A stretch of DNA of 64,000 nucleotides, from positions 199,709,741-199,773,740 of the forward strand of contig CM041465.1 in the NCBI GenBank assembly GCA_023213395.1, in the 5' to 3' direction. How positions within the stretch are numbered: the stretch's first letter is position 1; every line of letters begins with the position of its first letter. A program made the position numbers and the translations under genes. Shown piece by piece: positions 33,901-47,101 of this stretch. Origin of the DNA: Cycas panzhihuaensis. Lineage: Eukaryota > Plantae > Cycadophyta. The notes under the pieces were generated by a model. That model made no database searches. It had not been told where the DNA came from and saw only the letters and a list, made by a program, of their open reading frames with translations.

Positions 33901-34432
33901 CATATTTCAAGGTGTAATTAATATGTCAAGTTATATTTTTGGCCTAGATAGTCTTAAAAATATTAGGGGAAACTACTCTTTCCTTCCCAAATATTCTAAT
34001 CTTTAATTCTTCATCTATTTCCAGTGCACCAAAATCCATGGTCAATTTGCCTATGGTTTTATATATAGACATACTTATGTCATATTATATCTATCTATCT
34101 ATTTATAGATATTGTAGATTATTCAAGATGAGAGTAGAGTAGATGAACACAAGTATTCACTCCATATTGAAAATCAAAATCATATCATATTCAATCCATT
34201 ATAAAGAGACATCAATATTTCCTTGAGAAGGTGGTGTTGAAGAACACCAAGGGTTTTGGCCCTAAAGCATATATTTTGGGAGGCAAGCAGGAGCCCACCT
34301 CAACCTCAAATTTAAAATATAAAAAAATATTACTAGAATAAATAATAAAATATACTTACCATTACACTTACCATTAAGATGTATGTAGCTACATATTCCC
34401 AAGGTCGGGTTAGGTGATGGATATTAACCCTA

Positions 34433-34520
34433 ACATATACACACACACATACACATACATATACACATACACACATGTGTGTGTGTATGTATATATGTAT
34501 ACACACATACACATACACAG

Positions 34521-34552
<32 letters not shown>

Positions 34553-34623
34553 GTATGTATGTATGTATGTATATATCTGTATGTGTATGTATGTGTGTAT
34601 ATAGATAAATACACATGCACACA
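34433..34623. repeat. Compound (CA)/(TG)/(TATG) microsatellite
   Basis: Seen directly. It precedes the same unique sequence (atcctcataaattctaa) as the 4-kb tract. Confidence 0.95.
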
Positions 34624-34713
34624 TTTATATCCTCATAAATTCTAAGATCATTATTAAAAAATTACTGGTTATAGTTAATATAGTTGAGACAAGTATATTA
34701 TATTATCATGGGT

Positions 34714-36815
34714 TGTAATGAACATATTCCTATTACCATTCAACATAGAGAAATAGAAATAGAAAATAACAGATAAAAGATAAATAAGAAGATGAAGTTT
34801 CAAAGAACATTCATTAACATAAGATTACAAAATACATCATAATGATCTCCTTATACATTACATACATATATATGGGGCTATTAAGGCTGTCCATCTCTTA
34901 GACTTATGCATGTGGAATAAATGTAATATGAGTAACCTCATATGGTGGAGGATCATAACATGCCCTCCCCCCTAAAAATGCTTTGCCCTCGAAGCATCCT
35001 GATTTAATGACCATCTCTTATTATTATTCTTCATTCGATAGCTCTTACGAATGTTGGCAGAAAAGTTGTGCATGGAATAGGGATCTATCCATCACATGTT
35101 GATCTTGATACACCCTGAATATCCTCTAATATACTCTGGATATCTGTAATGTTGAAACCATAAGCTCTAATGTTGTTCTTGCCTGGTGTTTGTAGTAGAT
35201 GAATGCCTTGCTTGATAAGTTTTATTGCGCTGGGCCTCTTGATAATGTGGATGCCGATATGGTTCTACTTTAGTTTTCTTTTCAACTATTTGTGATGCCT
35301 TTTGTTCCTTATCCTTAAGTGCCATTGATGGTGTGGGGTGGCAAATAACTTCTGTTACTTGTGCTTTAGTTTTTCTTTCCATTATTGGTGATGTCTTTTC
35401 TTCCTTGTCCTTGAGTGCAACCGGTGACGTGGGATGGAAAACAACTTCTGTTACCTGCTCTTAACATTCCTCATAATCTTTCTTTTGTTCTTGACTTTGT
35501 GGAGTTGGGAGAATTCCTTCTCCCACACTGCGATTATACTTCTCAAGTATTTGTCATGCTTCTTGTTTGTTTTGTTTAAGACTTTACATCTCTTTCCACC
35601 ATAAATCATTATATTTCTTACAGATAGCTAGTTCTAGCCAATAAAATGTATTAAAGAGATGATTTGGGTTATACCAATCTTTAAATAAAAGATAAGCCTC
35701 TCCTTGTAGATATAATGAGGATACTTTAGTCATCTCCTCATTGTGCATGTAGTTATCATCAAGTGGTTTTAAATATACATCCATATCTTTAACCCAATAT
35801 TTTATAGAAAGAGTCTGATCCACATTAAAGATATGCAGCATGGGACTTTTTGTAGCCATGATAATATGGATATAGGAGAGATTAGAGGTGTTTATAACCT
35901 GTTATCCCTTAATTTTGATATAAAATTATATATTAGGCCTCACGAGCAATGGTTTCGAGACCACGATCTTAATGGCTAAGAAAATATAGTATGAAACCCT
36001 TAATTTCAAAAACTTTATTTCTGAAAAAAAATATAGCTCAAAAATATATAAAATATGGAGTAAGATGATAGCCTCTGAAATATAATTCCAACGATACAAA
36101 CGAAATTGAATTATGATATCTAGATCAAAAGTTATGCTCCTTTTAAGAATTTCACTATTAGGGTTTTTATAGGTTGAAATAGTACTTGATGATAGAATGC
36201 TAATAACTTTTTTCTCTAAGCTTTGATAAGCCTCAAACCACTTCTATTAGAAAGTAAATTGAAAAACACACAGAATAAAAAAAAAAAGGTCATTTAGATA
36301 CCTGTAGTAAATGTTATGGCTCTTTAAAGTTACGGTTGCAGATCTATCCTATAATTACGGTGACGAAAAAAAAAAACAGACTAAAATTAATTTTACTATA
36401 ATTTTCACACTTCCACCTTAAAATCTGTAGTGCAACCACTTAAAATTTATAGAGTGAGCTATTTCATCTCAAATTCTCCATTACGTTTTAGAAATTTCAA
36501 TGTTTATTCTTTCAAAGATGCTTTCAAACCCTTGATGACACCTCCAAGATCACCGCTCTGATACCAATTATAATAAACCTATTCCTATTACCATTCAACA
36601 TAGAGAAATAGAAATAGAAAATGATAGATAAAAGATATAGAAGAAGATGAACTTCCAAAGAATATTCATTAACATAAGATTACAAAATACATCATGATGA
36701 TCTCCTTATATATTACATACATATATATGGGGTTATTAAGGCTGCCCATCTTTTAGACTTATGCATGTGGGATAAATGCAGTACAAGTAACCTCATATGG
36801 TGGAGGATCATAACA
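34714..36815 (-). mobile_element. ~2.1-kb Gag-only non-autonomous LTR element (TR-GAG-like), copy 2, with perfect TSD
   Basis: 247-bp LTRs at 34714-34960 and 36569-36815. TSD tgggt at 34709-34713 and 36816-36820. PBS (reverse complement gctctgatacca) at 36555-36566; PPT at 34961-34974. Gag-like ORF 35859-35584 (WVKDMDVYL..KVSSLYLQGEAY). Confidence 0.96.
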
Positions 36816-38492
36816 TGGGTACTAATAGTAAATTGTATAGGTTGTTTATACATGAATAACATAACATAAGTATCAAAAAATTTTGTATTCATTACTATCA
36901 TATAATTCTCTCATAACTTTTATGAGCCAGTTGCCCCACTAAAAATGAGAGAAGAGCGATACTACACAAAGTCAACAAAAATGACCAATGACCACCTATC
37001 AACTTGTAACTTGATATATCAATGCATGGTGTATCTCTTTTAGTTCTTGCATATATATAATTCCTATCACAATAACAACATGTAAAATTAATTATAAAAC
37101 TTACCAACTAGAATCATACATATACCATTATAAACATAATAAACTCTAAAGAAATAACTAGAAATTTAGTCAAAAAAGATATAATAAAACTTATTACCTA
37201 AGCAATTTATGAGGTAGTACAAACATCAAACACACTCTTCAAGCATACATTATATCAAATCTTAGACAAAGTAATAATCATGGCAATAGTTAAAAAAGAT
37301 AAATTAATTATGCTTGATTTAGAAGATGAAGGGACTAATCACTAATAATATATTAGAATCCAACCTATAAAAGATAATTTGGGACTTATAATAAATCAAT
37401 TAAATCTAGCCAATGAGACTATAATAAATTTTTTAACAACTACCAAAATTTAACACTTGAAGAATAAAAAGTGATTGAATTATAAACATATTTTAATTGT
37501 TTATGGACCATATAATCTTATGAAAAGAAAAAGCTAGAAAAAATTATGATTTAATGCTTCAACACTGAGAAAAAGGTACACAAACTAAAAGTGTGGACTC
37601 AATAAATGGAAAATTATTTTTTCTTTATGGAAATTGAACCAATTGAGAAAGTTGTATAAGTAACATTACACATGGATGATATTATATGCAAATAATGGTA
37701 AAGCTTAGAATATTCCACATTTTGAAACCAATTATCAACATGGAAAGGATTTGCTCATTTATTCATTAAAAGATTCAAAGTTATAATCAATTGTCATTAT
37801 TATGAATTATATAAATTAAGGTAAGTAAAAACTATAAAGGAATATAATATGGCATTCACTAAATTAAGTTATAAATTTGAAGATATCCTAGCTAATAAAC
37901 TCATTCAGTTATATATTAAGGGCTTGGTAATGGAAATTTAATATGATGTAAAGACCTAAAAATCTACTGATCTCAATAAAGTAATATAACTAATTAAAAC
38001 ACATGAAGATAATATTAATGCATTACATAAGATAGAGACAAACTCCTATATTACTCTATTTGCCCAACTTAGTCCATTACCAAACAATCCTAACTAACTT
38101 ACTAAACTATTCCTTCAAACGATAAAAAATAGAACAAGAAAAATTAAGAAGAAAGGATCTATACTTTATATGCGAAGAAAAGAGTGCACCTAGGCATAAA
38201 CATAAAGAAAAATAATTGTATATAATTAAATTATTACCTATAGATGAGACTAAAGAAAATGAGAAGGAACAAAGCTTACAAAGCAACTAGGAATACTATT
38301 ATAACTATGAGCCTCAGGGAAATTACTTCAATCTCAAGGTTGGCATCCCATAAATGTTATTCTTAGCTGTGAGAAATTTTACTCAATCAAATAGATCAAA
38401 ACTACAAGGGATTATAAAAAATCAAGATGTTATAATCTTGGTGGATCTAGGTAGCATTGATAATTTTATTGATAGAAGCTATGCTCTATAAC

Positions 38493-38918
38493 TATTGGGT
38501 ATAATACTCAATTACATAATTATCTCTATTCACACTCTCTTTATATTTATTTATATTTTATATTTGAGGTCTTCTTCAGTTGTGTGCCATATAGAAATAT
38601 GTGCTAGCCCATAACATTGAATAATGAGGGTTCTCTTATGAGTGGTGAGTTGTACTATAAGTATGCACATCATTCTTCATTCTAATTTGAGGTTTGGTTG
38701 TTCTTCTATTTCTTTGTGTTAACTTGTATATGCTTTAATCTCTCTTATGCTTTGTCGCTTTATCATTCACTCATCACATTTTCATCTGTTACTTTACATA
38801 GTATATTCATTTTCTAAGATGGTGTCATAGCTCCATGTTTATTTTTCTAACATGGTATTAAACTTGCTATCTTATTTTTCTAACATGGTATTAAAGCTTC
38901 ATATTAATTTTCCTAATA
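38493..38918 (+). mobile_element. Solo LTR (426 bp) inserted in the gypsy protease; U5 contains three internal PBS copies
   Basis: TSD ataac at 38488-38492 and 38919-38923. Termini tattgg...cctaata (decayed TG...CA). The protease sequence resumes after it. Confidence 0.88.
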
Positions 38919-39862
38919 ATAACTATAATTATTTCTACTTAGAGCTCCTTATTTTCAAGCAAGTGTTGGTGGAAGATAGGTTATATTGGGGTAAGGTATG
39001 ATGAAAAGTCTTAATCTCCTAGTGGGTGATATTATTATTACATAAAACTTTTATGTCTTTGATGTAGAAGGTATAGGTGTCATTTTAGGCAGTCAATGGT
39101 TTAAAACACTAGGAACATTCAAAATGAATTTAGATAAGTGATTCATAAGATTCAAGAAGGAATGCAAGACCATCATATTTTCAAGAAAAATACCAAGAAA
39201 CACCTAAGCAATATCATATAAATATATGGAGAAGATAATTAAGAAGCATCATCAAGGTATAATGGGTTAACTTTTAACATTTTAGGTAGATATAAGACTA
39301 GCAATTGACAAGGATAAAGCACACAAGACATCCCTAAAATACAAGGAAATCTTTTAATCTCTTCAAATAAAATCATCTTCTAATAAAAGCTTGGAACATC
39401 TGATTAATCTCATATTAGGAACAAACTCAATAATTATTCAATTGTATAAGCAAATACATCATTATCAAGATAAAAATTTGACATGATATCATACAAAGAA
39501 TTACAACATCCTTTGAAGGGATAGTGGCTAATCATTATCTTCAACTATGCTTCAAGGGTAAGATATTTCAATAAGGGGGTCTTGTTTTGACCTTAATTAA
39601 TTAATATAATTATTATCAAAAGGGTGTCTTTTAATAGTTGTACCCATTCACTACAAGACATTATCTTATGCATATAAATATGCATCAAATGTAAATGTTT
39701 ATTATCATTTATTTTATTAATAAATATATTGGTCCTTTGACTATTAATCCTTTTAGCATACTTGTATTTATGTGCTCTATATTAGACTTAGTGATAATCT
39801 TCAAGTAATGAATAGAAGTTTGTAACACCTCATGTATGTAAGTGCTTGTCCTTTTATATTTT

Positions 39863-39865
<3 letters not shown>

Positions 39866-39916
<51 letters not shown>
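39866..39916. repeat. (TA)n microsatellite within a probable older LTR end
   Basis: About 25 TA units; ...ttataaCA plus PBS-like tggtgttagagt follows at 39991. Confidence 0.85.
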
Positions 39917-39920
<4 letters not shown>

Positions 39921-40199
39921 TAGAAAATAGTAGTGAGTTTTATTTTTACTTCAAATCTTTTTATATGTGTGCATGCTATTTTTTATAACATGGTGTTAGA
40001 GTAGGAATGAACTTGAAATCACTTATGTGAGTATCGTAAATTTGTTTGATCATGGAAGATGTCAAGTTTATCCTTGTGGCACCATAATAGTAAATTAGTT
40101 TATATTTATTTGCATAGCTATTATATTCTTATCTTTATTTGTGGAATTATTTAGCAATTGTTATTAGTTTATGACCAATAATATTATAGATATTTTATA

Positions 40200-40560
40200 T
40201 CAAGATGAGTAATAAATAAATAGAAAGCATGGTTGTAAGAATTAAATAACGTACTTTGGTGTAGATGAAACAACTTATATTTGAATATTTTTAGAGATGT
40301 TGGCAACAGTTATATTCCATTTGGTACAATTGATTTCTTATAAAGGTAGTAATGAATAAAGGTGGGTAGAGGTTTGTTAGCACGTTGATCTCATGCTTTG
40401 AATCTATATTTATAGTCCACAAATAGTTATAGAAGCCATCATGCTAAATATCTTGTAAATGCAACAATGAACAAAGAATTATATTTGCCTTTGGCTGCTT
40501 ACACTATAGCCATGTAAATTTGGATAGTTATTGGACATAAAATAATAGTTATGGCCATTT
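40200..40560 (+). mobile_element. Possible hAT transposase relic
   Basis: HLVQLISYKGSN (cf. VVQVITDNASN) followed by SHALNL (cf. CAAHxLNL). Heavily decayed. Confidence 0.3.
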
Positions 40561-41436
40561 GTTTTTTGTAGTTTCTTGGGTCTTTGCTTGACAAGAAATA
40601 TTTAACTTTCATGGGTTTCATAAGAAACTAGTGATAAAGAGAAAAAAAGAATTAACTCAAAAAAAAAAAAAAAACTAGTGGGCAAAAATCTATAAGTTTT
40701 GATTATTATAAAACTTTCATATGATATTTGTAGTAAGGAGGTACAAATTCCTTCCAATTTTCATAAGAATATATTGCATGTAATAATCATATAATATTTA
40801 TGAACTTGAGAAAGATGTAGTGGCTTTGGGCACTTTGTTTAAGTACTAGGCATCTCATTTCTACTATAGTTTCTTTAAAATCTTTCCATGAGCCTTCTAA
40901 TATCCCACTAGCATCATATATAGCTTTAATATGTTTCTTGAAGTAAATATCATTCGATTTTAAATGGTTTTTTTTTTTTAATTTCTAATGTAATAATGGT
41001 TATTTATATATTTTCAACTTTTTGAAGTCTTTTGGCATGAACTCTTTGTTATAGGTTCTTTGATTTTTAGAATACTCAGATCTGGTTGAAATATAATATT
41101 TTGAGGGCGAAAATTATTGCTATGGTGGAGATGGTAATAATGATACAAAGATGATTAAAAAAAAAAAAAAAAAAAATTCTAATATTTAACTTAAATAATT
41201 TTAAATATTTTTTGAAAATCTACCCCCTTTAAGTTAAATTCTATGGTTTTGTTCATTTTCCTCATATGATCCTATTGTAGCATAAAATAGGGACTGAAGT
41301 AGTTTTTTTAGATTTTTAAGTATTTTTAATTTTTTTGTCAAAATTTTCTTATATAGACTATATAGCCTCTTAGTTATTATTAATTTATATTTGAAATAAA
41401 TTTTTTAGCATATTTTTTTATTAATTTACTTAAAAT

Positions 41437-44400
41437 TATTGGAATATGTGAATTATCATATATGTAATGTTTAATATTAGTGAGAGATGACTCATGTACA
41501 ATCTCACCTATCACACACATCAAGATATGTGAGATGCACACAAATTAATGTAATCATACTATTAGATGATGTAAAGGATCAAGACATATCATAAGTTACT
41601 CAGAAGGTGACCATTATTATAAATATGCACACTCACCACTTGAGAACTTGGGAAAGTTCATTGATTAAGAGATGTATTCATTTTGATATCTTAAAAGGAG
41701 TTCCAACTCCATTTTCTTATGTGTTTTTTTTTTTCACTGGGTTGTCCATGTATAAATCTTATTATCTCTCTTACGATGAATGATTTACATGTTTGGTACT
41801 TTACTTTATCTATTTATTACTTTACTTGTGTACAAAACTCATGAATTAATTCTTCTATTACATATACATCATATATTCTACTGTTACTTTATATTTCTAA
41901 TATAGTATCAAAGAAATTTATAATATGGTATCAAATCCATGGTAAGTTGAAAGATACGATGAAGATAGGTTGCATGCCTATCAGACCTATGGTTAGTTGA
42001 AAGATCTTGTGTAGTGAGAAGAAGCCTATCAAGCTAGTTTGATGAGCAAGCAAGTGCTAGTAATAGAGCTAAGACAAGAGCTAAATATGAGGTGATTTAG
42101 ATGAGCTAGAAGTTTGAATATGCCAGTGTTTTCTAGTGACATGTGACTAGATCTTAGGGCTAGATGAGATGATGAAGATTAATGAGGATTTACAAATAAA
42201 TGAGATATAACTACATGATACGAGTGGTATATTAATATGTTGATTTTATTATGGATAATTATTCATGCATATAGGCTTATATACTCAAGTATATAAATAT
42301 TAAATATAGTCCAACAATGAATATTGTTTAGTTATTAGTGAAGACTTTTTCAAGTGTCCTTCTTAAGTATTTACTATCACTAATGAACCATTCTAGATGC
42401 CTTTATGAGCATATTAGTTAGAGATTTACTACCAAAATAAAGCTAATAATCCATCAATAAAATAAAGTAGATAATAGGCTTGCATAATATATTGAGTGGT
42501 AAACAAAGATAGAAGACACGTATAGAAATATTTGATAGCATCACAAATATATTAAAGGTATGATGTATATATATATTTGACAATAAATGATAAACAAATA
42601 TGTGGTATCATTATTATATAGGCAAAATTATAATACATGATATTTATGGCACATGATAGATCATGAAATGAGGGTTGATAAAAATATTATTGATGGTATA
42701 TTCTTGATATGTGGTTTGATAAAAATATGGGGGCATGTGAATAAAAGGCAATCGATAATGGCATGAAATAAAACATGAAATAATTTATGACATATATGAG
42801 GGTGTAAGTTAAGTTAATATGAGATTAGAGTTATGGCATAATTTTATTTATTTAGTGACATTAGTTTGATAGACATATTGAAGTAAAAATTAGGGTGTGA
42901 AATAATATTTGTAAGGGCATAATGATTCTTTGGAACATTTATACTAATACCATAGTCTAAATGAGCCCTCAAATGCCTTACAGTAGATTCTAAATATCTA
43001 AGAGCGTCATCCATTATATAATATAAATGCTTTGATCCATAAGCCAAATCATAATGAAAATACCATGACCCACAACATCTGAATAATTAGATCTATAAAA
43101 CCTTAATTCTATGGAAAATTGCTTACATATAGAATTGTCCATCACATGCCTAAAGAGCTCTTAAGGACAATGGTGTATAAATAAGGGTTTGAAAAGAATA
43201 AAAGTTGAGTTTCTCATAGAGCATGAAGGAACTAAAAGTGCTTGATTGTGGATATGTAGGGTCTATGTAAAGAAATCCACCTATATATGAGGGTGTGCCA
43301 CCTAATCATTTGTTTAGCTATGGAATATAAATCAACACTTAAACATGCCATATTTACCTATACTAGTTGCCCATCCTTTATCTGCTTGAAGAAGCACTCA
43401 GTCATGGAGAAGTTATAGAAATTAAATTATCCATCGCCTATGAATAATCACCACCTATAATCAAATATAAAGTAGAGAATGCATCTATTTGAAGAAGACA
43501 TCTGCTAGAAAATTGTTACACAAAATCCCTACCTACATGCACATGAATAAACTCGATAGATCTAACCATATATTAAACATGTAATATTAAAGAAGGTAGA
43601 TGCAATCGAGAATCTACATAACCAACTAAACTTTGTGAAAATCACACATGTAGCAAATTGATTAGAGAATAGAAGACCATATAGACATTAAACTTGCCAT
43701 AGCTATTACTCATAACTCCATGTAAATTTAGAAGAAGTTCTCTATGGAGAGATTAGTTGGTAATGAAAATGCACAATTTTTTTGAAATGTTAAAAAAAAA
43801 ATTACAAAGTTTTTTTTAGATTTAATTTAATTAGATTAATTTTAAAATCTAGATTCCATGCCTTTAATGCATTAGTTGGAGGTCACATGTAACCTTGATG
43901 TGACCAAAGGGTAAGAATCGAGTGCTATTACTTGCATTATAGTTGAAATGAATGATCGCATGACATACTTTAGATAATAGAAGACAAAGAAAATGAAGGG
44001 TAAAGTTGATAAAAGTATTCTAAACCTCATAAAAGTTACATTTTATAACCTTTAAAAAAATTCAATATATTCTTATATTTTCAAAGGCTCCAAACATGAT
44101 AGTGGTATTATTTTTGGTGAATTAAAAAAGAAAAAGAAAGTTTAGTTTAAATTCAAGCAATTTAAGGCCTATTTATGACATCTAAAGTCTCATGACAGAT
44201 TAAAAATTTATGAAGTGGGATGTATTTGTTAAAATGATGATATAAAAAATTTATTGAAATGTTTGACATAAAAAATCTCCATTGGAAAAACACATTTGAT
44301 TTAGTGGTGCACAACATTAATCAAAGGAATAGATCACTTGATATATTTGATATAGTTTTTGATGAATGATGAATGAATGAATTACACCTATTTGATGAAT

Positions 44401-46172
44401 GATGACACCACCTCATATTTGTTAAAGGGCCTAGTTGCTTGTTAGAATCATGGAGAGATAAGGGGAGAGATTCCACCTATTAATGAGACAAGGAGAAGTC
44501 TCAAGTATTTATTAAATTGACATACCAAATCAGTTATTGAGATGGTCTAATTGAAAGATGAAAGAGGAAAGTATTTGTCAATAAGAAATCTAACTAGCCA
44601 TATATCACAAGAGGCATGGAAACACATAGTTAATACTACCTTATTATATCTAGCTTGCCATGGCCAAGTAGTTTAGCTTGTTTTTCAAATGGGTCTATCA
44701 CCATCTCATGCAAAAGCCCCTATATTCTCATTATACCACTCAATAAACCATTCATAACACCCTTATAATTTTTTTATTTTATCAAGCTAATTAATACTAT
44801 ACCTATAAGCACTATTTTATATATGCTCTCATTCAATATTTTTATGCATGACAAGAGGCATGGAAACATATAGTTAATGCCACCTTATTATATATGGCTT
44901 ATTTTAGTGAAGTAGTTTGGCTTGTTCTTAGAGTTAGTTATTTTTGAGATGATGATTTATTATTGGTATTTGATGAATGGATGCCAAATCTACTAAAGTG
45001 TGTAAATGAGGAAGCATATAAAAGAGAAAAGAAGAAGAAAATCTTATTTACAAGATACAAGTATAAGTTTTGCAAGTTGCTCTTACACAACACAGTTAAT
45101 TATGTTATTCTAACTCATATATAAGAACATTATACTACTCTTGTACAAGTAATTTAAAAAATTGATAAACCATGTATCTAAAATAATTACCTAGAGAACT
45201 ATTGATTATAGAGGTTGGTTACCCATGTATTTTAGTAGATGATTAACTTTGTTTATTTATTGATTGATATTTGGTTAACAGAATTTTGATGAAAGTAACT
45301 ATATAGGTGAAGATATAAAGATGTTTAGGAAAACACTTTATATATTAGTGATGATGATGTTGGTGAATAATGATGGTTTATTTACAGGTTGGTTGTTCAT
45401 AGATAGTTATTATTAGTCATAGTGACTACATATAGGTTGATATAGGTTAATATTTATATAGGTTTATACTTGTAGGAGTTAAGTATAATGGATGATAGAT
45501 ATAGATTATAGATGATCATAGGTTATAGGTGATACATCATATATTACAAGATATAGGTTATAAGTTCTAGCAGATATAAAGATTGAATACATGAAGACAA
45601 AGGACATGAATACCAAGGGATGAATACATGGAGATATAAAGACTTGAAGATCAAGATTCAAAGACATAAAAAATTAAGAGAGGATGTTGGAAAATGTGAT
45701 TTATCACATGTTTAATGCTTAATATTAATGAGAGATGACATGTGCATAATCTAACCTATCACACACATCAAGATATGTGAGATGCACACATATCTATGTA
45801 ATCATACTATTGGATGATGTAAAGTCTCAAGACACATCATATATTATTTATGAGGTGAACATTATTATAAATATGTACATACACCACTTGAGAACATGAG
45901 AAAGGTCATTGACCAAGAGATGTATTCATTTTTATATCTTAAGAGGAGTTGAAACTCCACCTTCTCTTATGGTTTTTCCCACACTAGGTTTTCCATGTAT
46001 AAATCTTATTGTTTCTTTTATGGTGAATGCTTTACATGTTTGGTACTTTACTTTATCTATTCTTTACTTTACTTATGTATATAACTCATAAGTTAATTCT
46101 TCTATTATATATGTATCATACATTTTGTTGTCACTCTACATTTCTAATATGGTATCATAGCAATTTCTAATA
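41437..46172 (+). mobile_element. 4.7-kb non-autonomous LTR retrotransposon (copia-like LTRs), complete with TSD
   Basis: LTRs at 41437-41925 and 45685-46172. TSD aaaat at 41432-41436 and 46173-46177. PBS at 41926; PPT aattaagagagga before the 3' LTR. No intact coding domains. Confidence 0.92.
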
Positions 46173-46767
46173 AAAATATCTAGGGTCAACCTATTCATGT
46201 TGCCAAATATCTATAAGCTAAATAGATAAAATTATGTCATTTAAAAACTTAAAAATTTCAACACCGTGAACTTGAGAATATTGATGAAGATCATTGGTAA
46301 AGCGTAGATAAAACCTCAAGATAGAGATAAAATTGTCGAGTTTGAAGATAAAGACTGAGAAGCTTTAGTAATTATTGGCATGCTTACTTTTTTGTAATAT
46401 GGTATTTTTAATTTAATTTGATAACTATTTAATAGTATAATTAATTATGTCTCTTCCTAAGCATATGATAGATAGCATTTGGTCTTTATCATTAAGTTAT
46501 ATATTTGTGAGAAGTGATTTTAAAAGGATATGCATATGGATTTTTAATGTCATGATACACCTAATGGCTTTTGAAAGTATAAGAAAGTTACGAACTACAA
46601 TCTAATAAATTTTCATTTGATTTATGGTTCAAATATTTTGAACATTATTTATATTTAGCTAAGACAATAGCTTGTTGAATGTTTTTTAAATTGACCTATA
46701 ACCTTTGAGTTTCTTCTGTGAAACTAAGCATGTAGTTTACTTTAAATTTTCTAATATGGAATTATTA

Positions 46768-47101
46768 TTATTATTATTATTATTATTTTTTGGATAGACA
46801 AAAAAAATTCTATTGATAGAAAATAGAAAATTATATCAATGACAAAACATTGACTATTTATAGAACATAACACCATATGGAATGAGCTAAAAAGAGAAAA
46901 TACTACAAAACATACCTTAACCCTAATAATACCTTATACTCAAAACTCTAAAAGTACAGTAAGCAAAATCTTAAAAGCATGGGGCACTACCATTAAAGGA
47001 TGCTACATGGCCATGACAATAATGGTCACTATAAATAGATACACAATAGTGGAAATGGTGATCCCTAATATTAGAAATAAACTAGAGGCATATTAACCTA
47101 G
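46768..47101 (-). mobile_element. 5'-truncated non-LTR retroelement (LINE 3' end or SINE) with 18-bp TSD
   Basis: TSD tctaatatggaattatta at 46750-46767 and 47102-47119. The minus strand ends ...gtctatccAAAAAA(TAA)n. Confidence 0.8.

Larger units (their letters stand above)
34625..39827 (+). mobile_element. Non-autonomous gypsy element 3' part: leader, gag, protease, PPT and 3' LTR (39583-39827); RT/RH/IN deleted
   Basis: Gag-like W..K.ENYF..EKV..VTLHMD at ~37590-37700. Protease IILVDLGSIDNFID at ~38430-38473 and FYVFDVEGIGVILGSQWFKTLG at ~39050-39115. PPT aagggggtct before the LTR. Carries two nested insertions. Confidence 0.85.

Noticed and set aside
38805-38918. CRISPR array interpretation of the repeat-spacer pattern
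   Set aside because: Plant DNA with no cas genes; spacers are only ~11 nt and the repeat is an LTR end plus PBS.
42844-43047. Antisense 67-aa ORF with an LRAHLDYGI stretch resembling the copia RT end
   Set aside because: Short, in the wrong orientation for the element, and lacking neighbouring RT/RNase H motifs.
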